NCBI GenBank assembly: GCA_964016885.1
Contig: OZ024741.1
Location: forward strand, 350,610,001-350,674,000
DNA: 64,000 nt
Direction of reading: 5' to 3'
From: Eledone cirrhosa
Lineage: Eukaryota
In this document: positions 13,241 through 27,000 of the stretch, one piece after another
How positions within the stretch are numbered: the first letter of the stretch is position 1
Layout of the letters: each line of letters starts with the position of its first letter
The notes under the pieces: model-generated
What the model saw: only the letters and a program-made list of their open reading frames with translations
Told to the model about the DNA's origin: nothing
Database searches by the model: none
Position numbers and translations under genes: made by a program

Positions 13241-15599
13241 AATTGATGATGGAGGAGGAATTGGAGGGAGAGGGTGAAGAAGAAAAGAAGAGGAATATTT
13301 GGTAGACCGAATTACTCTAAATTTATAGAAAAACTGGGATTCAGTGAGAAATTTCTTTTTTTTCCTAGATATTTCATGTTTTCACCAAATCTAACCTCTA
13401 ACTCACTCACAATTGACTTGTTTTTTCTCTGGAAATGGAAAGGGGTACCCCTGGAGTTTTGCACCTTCAGAGTTTTCTTTTGTGGGAATTTTTTTCTAGG
13501 TGTTTTCATGTGTTTTCAAGGAATGTGACCTCTACTTCACTCGCAATTGACTTCTTTCCTCTGTCTGATTTTAAAGGTTCCTTCATAGACAACACATATT
13601 ATGCCATGGAAAACCATTCGTTTTGTCAACCATTTTTAAAGTCATTTAAGAGATCATATAACCATGTTAAAATGTTTTAAAATGTTTTAAAATGTTTTGT
13701 AACACAGATGTTGACTGGAGGTCATTCTGTAGTGAAGTACCAGACCTGTGTTTCTCTAATTAGGAAGCGATAAGCAGTGAAGGTGTTGAGGTAGAGATTG
13801 ATGAAATACTAATGGTTTGCCACAGATATTAGAGAAGTTTACTACCAGAGAACAGAAATAGTTCTTCTAACAGGTTTCTACACAGCTCGTTACAGCTGAA
13901 ATGCTTTTGATCAAAATTTGTTTCACCAGAACTAACTTACAACAAAAATGATAACATTTAGATGGCAATAAGTAGGACAAAATCTCACTCAATTTTCTCA
14001 TCAAAAATATATTAAACTTTTGATTATTTATAGTGATTTCTGGACTACCTACAAGAATCTGGACTACCAACAAGAATCTGGACTACCTACAAGAATCTAA
14101 ACAGTTTCGATTATAAGCATTTTACTGTAAACCATTCTGAAAGTTTTGTACAAAAGAAAATTAATAATATACACACATAAAACATTGAAAACTTTTGGAG
14201 AGATTTGAAAAAGGCAGTACAAAAACCAGGCACTCGGTCAAAATTTTTATAGCCGTATCTGGCCAGATATTTATTCAGGTCTTCCAATGAAAATGAAGAC
14301 AATATGTTTGCACAGATTCTTTGTTGAGATAACCAATCTAAATCCACCTCCCTCAGATTCTAAAGTCTATCTTAAGCCAAAAGGCTTGTTACGCCAGTGC
14401 TTATCCGAGTTTCATGGCATGAAGTGACTGAGAGTACAAGACTTCCTCCTAGACAGGATGCCAGTCCCTCACAGTGTTAACTCCCCAGCTATTGCTGGTA
14501 CTCATTTCCAGCTGAATATACTGGAGCAAGATGAAATGAAGTGTTTTTCTTAAGAACACAACATGCAATCCAGTCCAGGAATCAAACCCACAACATCATG
14601 ATTGTAAGTCCCTCAGATTGTCAACATCATATTGCTTAGCAACAAGGAAGATCAGAATCTGAAGAAGACAAAAAGTCTGAAAAATACATAAGGTATTTTA
14701 AATGTTTTCCATTTTCAATATCACTTTTCTTTTGCCTTTCCCCCTCCTCACTGTCCCAACATGCCAACATTTGTTGTGAGGCATGGTTAACTAAAATACA
14801 TTTAATTTCCAATGGTTTTAAAAGTCAGATTCACTGAAATCACAAAAAAACCTAGGGAAAAAGAAAATCTCTCATACTGAAGTGGGGTGCTTATCTATAA
14901 CAACGAGCTAACCCCCTCTCCATCACTCCTCTTCTGTTTTTTGGGGGAAAATATTCGATTGTGAGTTAGGTGAAGGTCAGTTTAGTTGAAATCACACTAA
15001 AAATCCAGGAATATGAGGCATTGCGAGAACTTTCTAAATTTGACAGATCAACGACATCAGATTAGTTGTACCTGTAATTCAAAGATCTTTTCTCATATCT
15101 TATTCAACCCCAGTATACAATCAAAACCCAATTGAAAAGTGACAAAATGTTGTAGTCTTCCATTTCCCATGTATTTGGTTGGAGGACTTTCTATTCATGA
15201 CAATTCAGTTCTTTTAAACATAATTTATTTCTGACTACATTACCTAATAGTTATTTTTTTTATAAATCAGTAGGATATGATTTGAGACAGATTGGGCTGC
15301 TATTTCCAGCATGTCAAGTGGCTGACTATGCAAAAGCCTCTATGGTAAAACATCTCCAGATAAAAGCATTGATTTCAATGAAGGAGTTTAATAAATATGA
15401 CTAATGGTTTGCTGGATACAGCCAGATGTCATTGATTAGATATTGTCTCATATAAGAGTGCAAATCACTGAAGAAAACAAACTGATTTAACCCTTCTACA
15501 AATTAACAATAACAGGGGTGGTGGAAGCATTTCTGATAGGGGTGTCAAATTTGGTCAATTTAGTTGTAGTGATTAGTTTAACTGTTATTATCAAATATC

Positions 15600-16160
15600 A
15601 AATCCCGCCGAGGTTAACTTTGCCTTTCATCCTTACGGGGTCGATAAAATAAAGTACCAGTAATGTACTGGGTAATTTATGGCCTTGTGCCAAAAGTAGA
15701 AACAATTATCAAATATCATAAGATATGAAAAACTTTGATATGCGATAAACATAACATGGTCCTCCTGCCACCTCCACCACCACCACCCCAGTTCCACCGC
15801 TCCTGAATAATTACATATTTAACAACATTTAATAATTATATATTTAACAGGGTTGTGGATTGGCAGAATTAGTAGGTCGTCAGATAAAATACAATTGCAG
15901 CATTTGTTCTGTCTCTTTACTTTCTGAGTTTCAGTCTTACCAAGGGCAATTTTGCCTTTCATCCTTTCAAGATTGATAAAATAAAATACCAGTCAAATTA
16001 TTGGCCTTGTGCCTAAATTGTAAATCATTATTGAAGGTTCTGTATTGGTGTTGGACAATTTGCTTTGCAGCATTTAGTTTTGGCCTTTTACATTCTGAGT
16101 TCAAATACTGCTGAGGTCAACTTTGTCTTCCATCCTTCCAGGGTCAATAAAATAAAGTAC
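15600..16160 (+). mobile_element. Three partial or degenerate copies of the (ATT)n-tail SINE
   Basis: Core gcctttcatcctt...ataaaataaagtac at ~15620, ~15955 and ~16125. Confidence 0.75.
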
Positions 16161-16510
16161 TAAAAGAAGGAAAAGGAGAAAAGCAAGAACCTTACTGCAG
16201 GAAGTGGTTGTATAAATAGTAGTTGTTTATTTAAAGATGTTTAAACTTTAGAAGTTTCTGTATGACTTGTGTTGTATAGTGTGTATTGTGTGGTGTGCAC
16301 TGTATGGTATATGGTGTGTGGTGTATGCTTGCTTTTAATGTAAATATGAGTAGTAGTTCCGTGTACACCTTACTTATATAGAAATAATTCATATGAAAGG
16401 AGAAGAGGCATGATTTTAAGTATGATATGGTGTATTTTAAGAGAGAAAGGGAGAGAAAGAAAGATAAACAGAGGTAACAAAGAAAAAACAAAAATGTAAA
16501 AGAGAGAAAT

Positions 16511-16567
<57 letters not shown>

Positions 16568-16570
<3 letters not shown>

Positions 16571-19247
16571 TCATCACCGTTTTACGTCTGTTCTTCCATG
16601 CTAGCATGGGTTAGATGGGTTGTCCTGTTGTGGGCAGTGTCTGGTCGGCTGACCATGCCTTGCTCATACAGGAACTGATTTGGCTTGATTTCTACAGCTG
16701 GATGCCCTTCCTAACACCAACCTCATTTACAGTGAGTGCTGGGTGCTTTTTCGTGGCGCCTACACATCCACTTTACAGTGTGGGCTGGGTGCTTTTTTGC
16801 CGTGGTACCTCCATGACCACCTTGCGGTGGGGGGTGTGGGGGCATATTGTCTATATGCTTCAGCTTGTACCCATGGGAGGTCGGGTACTCTGTATTACTG
16901 TGTGACGCCAGAAGTCACGGTCGTGTGTCATTGTCTTTGAGAGGTGTAATTGGGTAAGGTCGGCTTTTATCACCTCATCCCAGGTCATCTTGGGTCTCCC
17001 CACTCCGCGGTTTCCATCAACTTCTAGTGCTCTGCACCTTTTTATGCAGCTGTCATCCTTCATACGCATCACATGTCCATACCAGCGCAACCGCCTCTCC
17101 TGCACACAGCATTTGATTCCTCTTATGCTCAGTCTCTCTCTCAATTCATTTATGCTTTGTCGTTCACGTATATTACTCTTACACATCCATCGGAGCATGC
17201 AGGCTTCGTTTCTCTCTAATCTACGTAAGTCTTCCACCTTCAGCGCCCAGGTCTCACTACCATGCAACATCGCTGTTCGGATACACGCATCATACAGTCT
17301 GCCTTTCATTCTGAGGGAGAAGCCTTTTGCAGCTAGCAGTGGTAGTAGTTCCCTAAACTTCTTCCATCCCGTTCTTACCCTAGTTATTGTACTTTCTGAA
17401 CACCCACCTCCGTTGCTAATTCGGTCACCTAGGTAGCAGAAGCTGTCTACTGTTTCTACAGGGCCCTCCCAGAGATTGGTGGTACTTGTTTCCTGTGGCT
17501 GTTTGCTGCTTGCTGTCTCAGCATAGCTGCTGCATGTGAATCCTACATTCTTACTTAAGCTTCCTGAGATCCCGCTACATCTCTTGTGTACCCATTGTTT
17601 GCATTTGGGGCAGAGAATGGAGTTCCTACCTACACCTTTCCTACATACTGAGCAAGGCCATTTCCCTGAGGGGATCTGGGTTCTGTTTTCTCGTCTACTT
17701 ACAAGGACCTTAGTCTTTGTCATGTTAACTTTGAGACCCTTTCTTTCTAGTCCCTGCTTCCAGGTTTGGAATTTATTCTCTAGTTCTACCATAGATTCAG
17801 CTATGAGTGCGAGGTCATCAGCATACAGGAGTTCCCATGGGCATCCGGTCTTAAACTCCTCCGTTATTGCCTGCAGGACTATGATGAACAGGAGAGGGCT
17901 AAGAACAGAGCCCTGGTGGACCCCAACCTGTACGCTAAATTCCTCGCTATACTCATTGCTAATCCTAACTTTGCTGACTGCTCCCCTATACATGGCTTGT
18001 ACCGCTTTCACAAGCCATTCATCTACTCCTAGTTTTCTAAGAGCCCACCAGATTACAGCACGTGGAACTCTGTCAAAGGCTTTCTCAAGGTCGACAAATG
18101 CCAAGTAGAGTGGCTTACTTTTAGCTATGTACTTTTCCTGTAATTGCCTCACAAGGAAGAGGGCATCAGTGGTGCCTCTTCCTGGTACAAACCCAAATTG
18201 CATCTCGTCTATATTCACCCGGTCCCTAATCAGCTGTGCTATAACTCTTTCTGTTACTTTCATGACCTGGTCCATCAACTTTATGCCTCTATAGTTTCCT
18301 CTATCTAGTGCATCGCCTTTCCCTTTGTAGCAGTTGACAATGATGCTACTGCACCAATCTTTTGGTATGGCCCCTTCTAGTATTACCTGGTTAACGATAC
18401 GTGTGGTTATAGTGTGACCTACAGACCCAGATGCCTTCAGCATCTCGGCAGCTATACCCGATGGACCGGTTGCCTTCCCCATCTTCATATCTTTGATTGC
18501 CTTACTTACTACGCTGCTGCTGACTTGTACTGCTGGTCCCTCTATAGGGTCTACTTGGGGTAGGGTCTCTTCTTCCCATGCATTCTCCTCATTTAGTAAT
18601 CTATCATAATGACTCTTCCATGCATCTTTCTTCTCAGCACTTGTGAGGGCAAGCTCACCTTTATCATTCCGGATACACTTCTCTCCAATGACATCACAAC
18701 TATCTCTGACACACTGCCTCGCAATCTTGAATACCTCCTGTTTCTGGTCCTCACGTTGTAAAACATGCTTGAATTTTCTATCCTCTGCTTCCCTCCTAGC
18801 TAAGTATACTTGTCGCCTAGCTTCCCTCTTGGTCTCTATGTAATGTACCCTGCTCCCCCCGTTCTTCCATTCTTTCCATGCCTGTCTCTTGGCCTTAACT
18901 GCTTCATCTACCTTATTGTTCCACCACCAAGTCACTCTCCTCCTGCTTGAGGTCTTACTCCAGCCACAAACCTCATCCGTCACCTCTAGTAAATTATTTT
19001 TTAGGAACTCCCAGTTCTCTTCTACATTAAATGTCTCTATCTGTTCTTCTTTACTGTCATAGGCGTTGAGTAAAATATCTTTAAATCTGTTACTGGTTGA
19101 GGGGACTTTCAGCTTCCAGATCTTTCTTCTCCAGGTTGGCCTCTGTTTCCGGGTTCGTCTAGTTCTGACCGTGAGGTCGCTGACAACTAAGCTATGTTGG
19201 GATGTACATTCCTCACTAGGGAAGGCTTTTGTGTTTACGACCGTCCA

Positions 19248-19251
<4 letters not shown>
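16568..19251 (-). mobile_element. 5'-truncated RTE LINE with open RT and composite 3' UTR
   Basis: ORF 16860-19463 after the YI run: end of APE (SQHSLVV), RT with YADD, Cys/His finger. (GAT)n tail; TA flanks. Confidence 0.95.
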
Positions 19252-19318
<67 letters not shown>

Positions 19319-19699
19319 GAGCATGGCAGCAATCTAATTTCTGAAACCAGTAAAAGAATAAAAGAATATCAAGCCAGTCAAAATAGTGTAAAACCACCGC
19401 CAATGTCAGTACGACTAATTCTAGGGTAGCATGGGAAGCCTCTTCACCTGTTAAAAATAACAACTAAATCTTCCTCTAATTACAGCTTACTACCTCAAAG
19501 ATGGGAGAACACACTATATGATGTAATCCTATATACACTAATACTGGAAAAATTACAAAAAAAAAAAAAATAATGACAGGATGGTGACACTCAGGAATGT
19601 ATTTGCTCATAGGTCCACTTAATGTAGGCTCATCTAGGGTTCAACAACAGGGTGTGTGTATGTGTGTGGGTGTGTGTTGGACCTCAATTGGATTTGATA

Positions 19700-20005
19700 A
19701 CAAGTGTTCCAGTTGTTAGATCAACACAACAGTCTGCTCTTGAAATTATTGTGCAAAGCATGTGGCTGAGCATTCCACAGACACGTGCACTCTTAATGTA
19801 ATTCTCAGGGAGATTCAGCATGGCACAATGGTTGACAAGGCTGGCCCTTTGAATTATAGGTACAACTTATTTTTGCCAACTAAGTGGACTGCAGCAACAT
19901 AAAATAAAGTGTCTTACTCAATATTACAACATACTGGCTGAAATTGAACTCATAACCTTACGATTGCAAATTGAAAACCCTAACCACTAAGTCACACCCC
20001 TTCAC
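19700..20005 (-). mobile_element. Third tRNA-derived SINE family
   Basis: agtggactgcagcaac..aaataaagtgtcttactcaa head also at ~455-590, 14390-14610 and (+) 21810-21965. Confidence 0.65.
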
Positions 20006-20400
20006 AGTATTATAATAGCCAACTAGAAAATAGAACGGAATTAGTTGTAAGTAATGTAAAGATAATAATTAATCCATAATAGTCTTACTTTTTTTTATAA
20101 AAGATGTTGCTAGTAGAAACTAAGGTATGGAGGAGAGAAGGGGAGGGAGATACTAAAGTGTTTTCTAAGATGTGACAGATGTAATTAAGGGTTGTTATTG
20201 TCATCACTAGTAATGCTATAAATTAAAACTAAGGATCAATAATAACAAGAGAGTGTGTAATCAATTAAATCAACCACAGTATGTCACTGGTGCTTTAACC
20301 CATTCATTACCATATTTCTATTAAAAGACACCGACTATTCTTTTCAAAACATTTTGACAATAATCAAGAATTTTTATTTAGCTAGTGTTTGGAGCATGGC

Positions 20401-20627
20401 TTAACCCTTTAGCATTTACATTACTCTATATTTACTATTGTATTTTCATCGTAAAGGCTTTACCCCACATAATTATTTCACATAATATCTAATTTGAGAT
20501 TTTGATATTATTTATTTTGAGAACAATACCTTAACGTTGGTATGAGTGGACAGTTACAGCCAGTTTGAACAGAAAGAGGTGAGAGAATTCTGGTCGGATA
20601 CAGCTGGTTTAAATGCTAAAGGCTTAA
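20401..20627. mobile_element. piggyBac-like MITE (TTAA TSD)
   Basis: TTAA-cccttttagcattta ... taaatgctaaaggc-TTAA. A partial inverted copy ends at 23113. Confidence 0.7.
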
Positions 20628-20863
20628 CAGAGCTTAACAACTTTGTATTGTAGAGTCAGGGGTGGTTTCAGATGGTTTTGTGTCAAAAAGGCTAATTTTC
20701 CAATTCTAAAAAGGGTGGAAAACAAAGTTAAACTTAACTAAGATTTGATTTCAGAATAGAAATACCACAAACTACTTTGCCTGATACTCTGCCAATTCTG
20801 CCTTTTGGAGAGGAGATGGGAGGAATGTTCTCCAAGATGTGGACAGTCTAATTATAGTTAGAA

Positions 20864-21449
20864 CTAGCAGAATGGCTCGGCGTTGCTTGGGATTCTAAAC
20901 ATAGATTGGCATGTTTATCCCTCCTTTCTGAAACAGTACAGAGAAGTACGGAATACCTCGGCCATGATGCAACCAAAATGCTAAACAATGTGGTCTCCGG
21001 GCAAAAATTTGAAATCTTTTTCAGTCAAGAAAATTTGTGAGACATAAGTAAAGCATGTGCAAGGTTTTTAAAAAATCGGTTGGTACTTCTCAAGTTAGAG
21101 GCCCTAAAGCAAAGAAAATGCTTTAAAAAATCGGTTTTTCGCCTAATGCGGTCAAAAGATGAGAAAATCTTTTTTGCTCAAAATTCTTTAAACGACATAA
21201 GCAATGCAAATTTTGAAGAAATCGCCTGGATCATTGTTCCGTTATGCCTCAAAAAAAGGTTTAAAGCCTAAAATATGCGGTTTTTCGCCTAATGCGGTCC
21301 CTAGGGCATTGAAAATTTGAAATATTTTTTGCTCAAAACACTCATACGACCTTAAGTATTACATGTGTAAAATTTGAAAAAGATCGGTTGGGTGGTCTCG
21401 AATTTTAGGTGGACAGACAGACAGACATTCTCTGTTTTAGATATATAGA
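20864..21449 (-). mobile_element. Non-autonomous Helitron
   Basis: Minus strand A|TCTATATATCTAAAA..(GTCT)n ... cccaagcaacgccgagcc (decayed hairpin)..CTAG|T. Internal tandem duplications. Confidence 0.75.
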
Positions 21450-22379
21450 TAAACAAATAACGGGGTTTGTCCAGCCGCTTCCTCTTCGCACCGGTCGCTG
21501 TCTAGACCTCAGCCGTACTTGGACCCCATACTGCCGAGCTCCTCTGCAATATCAGATCATCGGAGGTCCATCTGAGGAAGGAGCCCCGCGAGGTTGGGTG
21601 GCTATTGCAGCAGGCGTCACTGGTCATCGTCCGGGGGAATGCTTTTGCCGTCTTGTCAGCAAGGCGCAGCACTCCTACCCCCTTGCCCTAGGCCCAAAAC
21701 CCAATCCTTCTCCTCCTCTCACCCCCTCTCTTTTGCAACATCAGAGCTGTTGCAACCCCCTCCCTTTCCCGTTCTTTTACTTCTTTCTTTCATGGCCTAA
21801 TGATTAAGGTACTGGGATTACAATCGTAAAGATGGGAGTTTGATTTCTGGATTGGGTGATGCATTAGTGTCCTTGAACAAGACGTTTTATATTACGTTGC
21901 TCTGGTCCACTCAGCTGAAAAAAATGAGTTGCAAGGATACTAGTGCCAAGCTGTATCAGCCTTTGCACAGGCTAAGGCACAGTGCAGACTGGGATGTAGT
22001 GACTGTCTGTCCCCCTCTTCCTTTCTTTTGTAGCGTGGTCTTTCTTTCTCTTTCTCCTTTTCATTTTCTTTTTTTTTTTTCTTTGTGTCCCCTATAGTAC
22101 TATGTTTTTTTTTATTAGATACTGCTCAATTATTTATATAATTTCAATGGCCTTTTATGACATTGTGACATTTTGTATATTGAATAAATAACAAGAAGGT
22201 ATACAATGATGGAAAAAGAAAGATAAAAACAAAATTAAGTAATGAGAAAAAGGAGTAAAGAAGGGCAGATCTGGCTGTATGAGAAAACCAAGGAAAGGAC
22301 TATAAATGCCATAAAATGTGAGGGGGAAAAGCAAGGACTCTTGGGCCACAGAAGAAAGGGAGCTGGAAGGGGAGATGGT

Positions 22380-23030
22380 GATAGGCTCTGAGCCTAGGGT
22401 GGGGTGGTGTTTGAACTGTGCCCTGCAGACAAAACTGCAATACATTTCCGCAGACAATGGCCAGCGACACTTACTGCAACAACCACCCAGCCTCGCGGGG
22501 CTTCTTCTTTAGATCAGCTCTGGCTTGGACCAACACCACCTCACTTGTCTCTGATCTGCTTCACAGCCAAACACCAGTGCATGGCTCAATTCAGTGCCCT
22601 CCTCATAAACTGGTACCCTTCTTAATGATGAGTGCACGCCCATGTATGAGCCACACAAATGTCATTGGCTGTCATTGACAAGTTTAGCCTGCATCTATTG
22701 TCATGTCGCCAGAGTGTAGGCCAGTTCCCCCAACATGCCACTTTCAACGACACATTGAGAAGGAGCCTAGATGCAGTTGGCTTCCCATCACAACTGGAGC
22801 CAGCAAGCCTTGACCACAGAGACAGCAAGTGCCTCGATGGAATTACCCTCTTCCCGGATATAAATCCCTCATCTGGGATGCCACATGTTATGACCCATTC
22901 TCCGCCTCCAATTTAGTCATTTTGGCCAAACCCCAGTACTGCGGTCCGCAATGCAGGGAAGAGAAAGACAAACAAATACTAGGGCTTGTCCAGACACTTC
23001 CTCTGCACTGCTTGCCATTGAGATTCGATA
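22380..23030 (+). pseudogene. Degenerate CRE-like non-LTR element C-terminus (Zn finger plus restriction-like endonuclease)
   Basis: LHLLSC..QHATFNDTLRRSL..LEPASLDHRDSKCLDGITLFP / KSLIWDATC, across frameshifts. Confidence 0.6.
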
Positions 23031-23316
23031 TCATATGTGATAATTATGTAGGATAACGACTTTATTGTGAAAACAATAGTAAATATAGAGTAATGTAAAT
23101 GCTAAAGGGTTAAGAGCATTGATCAATGTTTGTGTTGTTACCATGTTAACAAAGTATAGTGTGACAGTCCAATTCTATAAGACCAATTCTCAACTGAACT
23201 GGAGATGCTGAATCTAATTAGGCTAATTATGTCTCAGGGAGAAATCCATTCACTGGTAGATTTAATAATTATGGAAAACAATTAGCATCACATCATTGTC
23301 ATTATTATTATCATTA

Positions 23317-23990
23317 GGTGCGGTGGATTGGCAGTATCAGTAGAGAGTCGGACGCCATGCTTTATAACATAGAGTTATGTCCCTTTATGGTCTGAGTTTA
23401 AATCCTGCCAGGTTAACTATGCCTTTCATCCTTACAGGGTCGATAAAATAAAGCACCAGTAACGTACTGGGGGCGGTTTAATCGACTTTCCCTTCCCCCA
23501 AATTACTGGCCTTGTGCCTATACTAGAAATCATTATTATTATTATTAGGTCGGTGGTTTGGCTGTATCGGTAGAGCGTCAGACACCATGCTATACAGCAT
23601 AGAAGTTATGGCTCTTTATGTTCTGAGTTCTAATCCTGCCAGGTTAGCTTTGCCTTTCATCCTTACGGGGTCGATAAAATAAAGCACCAGTAATGTACTG
23701 GGGTAATTGCTGGCCTTGTGCCAAAAGTAGAAACATTATTATTATTAACATTGTTGTTGTTTGTCTTCTTCTTGTCATATAGTTATTATTAAGGGGTGGT
23801 GAATTGGCAGTATCGGTAGAGGGTCGGACGCCATGCTTTGACGCATAGAGTTACGGCCCTTGCCATTCTGAGTTCAAATCCCGTCGAAGTTAACTTTGCC
23901 TTTCATCCTTACAGGGTCGATAAAATAAAGTACCAGTAATGTACTGAGTAATTGCTGGCCTTGTGCCAATAGTAGAAACAATTATAGTTA
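23317..23990 (+). mobile_element. Three head-to-tail SINE copies joined by (ATT)n
   Basis: Copies at ~23318-23545, 23548-23745 and 23790-23985. Confidence 0.9.
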
Positions 23991-24067
23991 TTATTATCAT
24001 TTTGTTTAATGTGGCTAATAAAGAAACCATTATTGTCATTATTGTAGTTATTATTATTATTATTATT

Positions 24068-27000
24068 GGCGACCTACGTAGTAAATCGTATCATCGTGAG
24101 CTCCGCAAAGGTTTGTTATTTCCGTTTCTTAAAAATTGCCATTTATGGAAAATTTTATTGTTAACTGTTTATAACCGCACATACATTGTTTTCCGAAAAG
24201 GACACCCAAAAAGATTGGGGTCTTGTGCCCAAAATTTAAACTTTTATGATTATCAAAAAATTTCGATGAAAAAAAAATGGTTAATTCACCTCTGCACCAA
24301 GCAGCTGAGAGCCTTCCTCACAAACTAACACCTCACACCGACACCACCATTGTAAATATTACTACGTATGCCAACACAAAAAATTTAAGCAGTAGCAATA
24401 TTTTAAATTTGTCTCAGGCAGACATTCATTTCCCGCCATTACCAATGACTGCAGGTGTTAAAGCAGCCCCCCCCCCGCGACAACCCCACCCCCATAGCGA
24501 CAACCCCCACCCCTACCACCACCGCGACAACAGAAACAAAAGGAAAAAATAAATCAACTCGTGATGTCGAAATAATTTCAACCAAAATGGACTCTTCCAC
24601 ACCGAACACCACTGACGTCACCACCACCACAACTGAAACTAAAATTAATAATAACAAAAATAACGATAACAACAACAGCAACAATGACATTAAAAAAAAC
24701 CACCCTGAGTTTTGCCAGAGTAGCAAAACAGTGCGAAGCATTTACGGTAACTCAGGAGGAATTAGAAAATGCCAAAAAAATGGTAAAGAAAGATGGGTAC
24801 AGAGTCAGCCCCCCCCCCTAATAAAATGGAGCATCGGCGCCTATGCACCGTGTCGTATCGAACAATTAATGTAAAATCGCGCCGAGTGGAACGGGCATCC
24901 GAGTCCCAAATCCAAAAAGCTTTGGGACATGTGTGGGCAAGAAAAACCCACATCAGACGTGGGCAGAAGTATGGAACCGTGGACGTGTTCTTTGAAACAC
25001 CAGAGGAGGCTAGAGAACACTCCATGCCCCCATTAAGAAGTGACGACTTCACACTCGTCCCAAGCTATTGTGGCCAGAGACTCGTAAAATCAGGGTGACC
25101 CACGTTCCACCGGCTAATAGCGGCCGTCCTCGCCGGCATCGAAGACAACACCAAAATAATAGCAATAGCAAAAGAAAAGCAGGAGAACTGGTCCGGATCT
25201 GGGATGGAGCTCCTGATCCAAGCGGACCAAAAAAGCATTGAGGAGATCCCAGAGGTAATAGACCTCACTGACGGCAGCCACCTCACCGTAATTGTCGAGG
25301 GCAGAAGGCCTAGGTGTGTCGTTTGTGGTGAAGGAACCCACCTAAGGGCTTTCTACCCTCAGGCTAAAAGGTTGAGGCCACCTCTCCTACCCACCCCAGT
25401 GACTCAACCATCAACACCACCAGTAGCAGAGATGGCAGCAACAACTGTAGCAGCAACAACAGAAGCAACTATAACAACAACAACCCCAGCAACAGTAGCA
25501 AAACCAACACCACCACCACCCAACGCTTCTGAACTAGCACCAGCGCCTACACCATCCACCACGCCACAACCAAAACTAACTCCTGTGGAGGATTTTCCAC
25601 TCCCCGGCCTATCACAACTGGAGACAGATTGTGACGACGAGGAGTGGGAAACGGTATCAGGAAAAAAGAAAAAAAGAAACCAAAAAAGAAAACAATTCTC
25701 TTCCTTCCCCCTCCAAAAACAAAATACAGAAGGAAACAAATAAATTAACAAACAAAAAAGTTAGGACAGATATGCCACCATCCACACCAGCATCACCAAC
25801 CCCATCACTCCAAACACCAACACCATCACCATCATTAACCCCAACACCACCATCACCTACACCACAAAAGTCACCAAAATGCGAAACAGAAACAAACCCA
25901 CAACAAACGCAAACAAAACAAAACAACCAAAACGATACACACTACACAGCATTAAATTTGAATAACAACCAATTATTACACTACATCCAACACAACACCA
26001 GCATCACAGAAAAAGACTACACAACAACCCAAAAATTCACACCATACAAATCACTCGCATCACACAGAAAACGTACATGACACTAAAACAAAAATTCCCC
26101 AAAGACATCGGAGACTTCCGACAAGCACTCTCCAGGAGGATTTATAAGGACATCCTTCCTGAGGAGGCCACAAGCAGTGAAAAGGATGGAAAAACCGTCC
26201 TTCCTCTACGAGAAGTAAGGTAAGTGGTCTTTCCCATCTTTTCCACTCCATTTCAACATGACCTCACTCAGAATAGGCAGCATAAATGCGCGTGGCTTGG
26301 AGTCGTCATGGAAGCAGGACCACCTGCTCAACGACCTCAGGTCACTAAACATAGATGTAGTGGCCATCAGCGAGACCAGAATCTCCGAAGCACGGGCCTT
26401 CGCGCCGATCTTCGGCGGCTACGATGTGTACGCATCTCCCAGCTGTCCGGGATCGGGGGTGGAGTTGCTGTGCTTTTTCGGAGAGGTTTGGATCTTGCCA
26501 TACGGGCCATCTTCCTGGACCCAGAGGGTAAGTTGGTGGTGCTGGACGTGACCAGCGGAGACGGGCAAGCTTTCAGGTTAGTGGCCGTCTATGCCCCGAC
26601 AGGAGCAGGGCGGCCTGATTTCTTCCGGCGTCTGGAAACCTTTCTTGGAACGTCCCGCTCTTTAGTGTTAGTGGGCGACTGGAACGGGATCTTAGATGCA
26701 CCCTGGGATTGTGTGGGATTAGTGGATAGGGGAGGAGGGTGCAAGAGTCTCACCAACCTGCTCAGGCGTTTTGAACTGTCTGACAGGTACCGATTGGATT
26801 TCCCGAATGTACCAATGTGGACTTGGACAAATCGCATAGGGTCATCCAGATCATATCTAGATAGAGTATTTTGTAGGGAAATAGATAGGTCTAGCATAGG
26901 CTGTCCACAATTCAAGATAGTCAGCTACACGGACCACAAATTCGTGATCTGTGTGCTTGACTTAAATAGGCTTCATAGACGAGGACCCGGCTACTGGAAG

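Noticed and set aside
14039-14099. 19-bp unit repeated three times
   Set aside because: Simple local tandem duplication with no spacers; not CRISPR-like.
14111-14347. ORF with EDLNKYLARY, faintly Crypton/DUF3504-like, plus diverged inverted blocks near 13380 and 14960
   Set aside because: Too short and degenerate to assign without a search.
16190-16260. Minus-strand GTAAGG donor as a candidate 5' UTR exon
   Set aside because: A donor-like hexamer alone is insufficient evidence.
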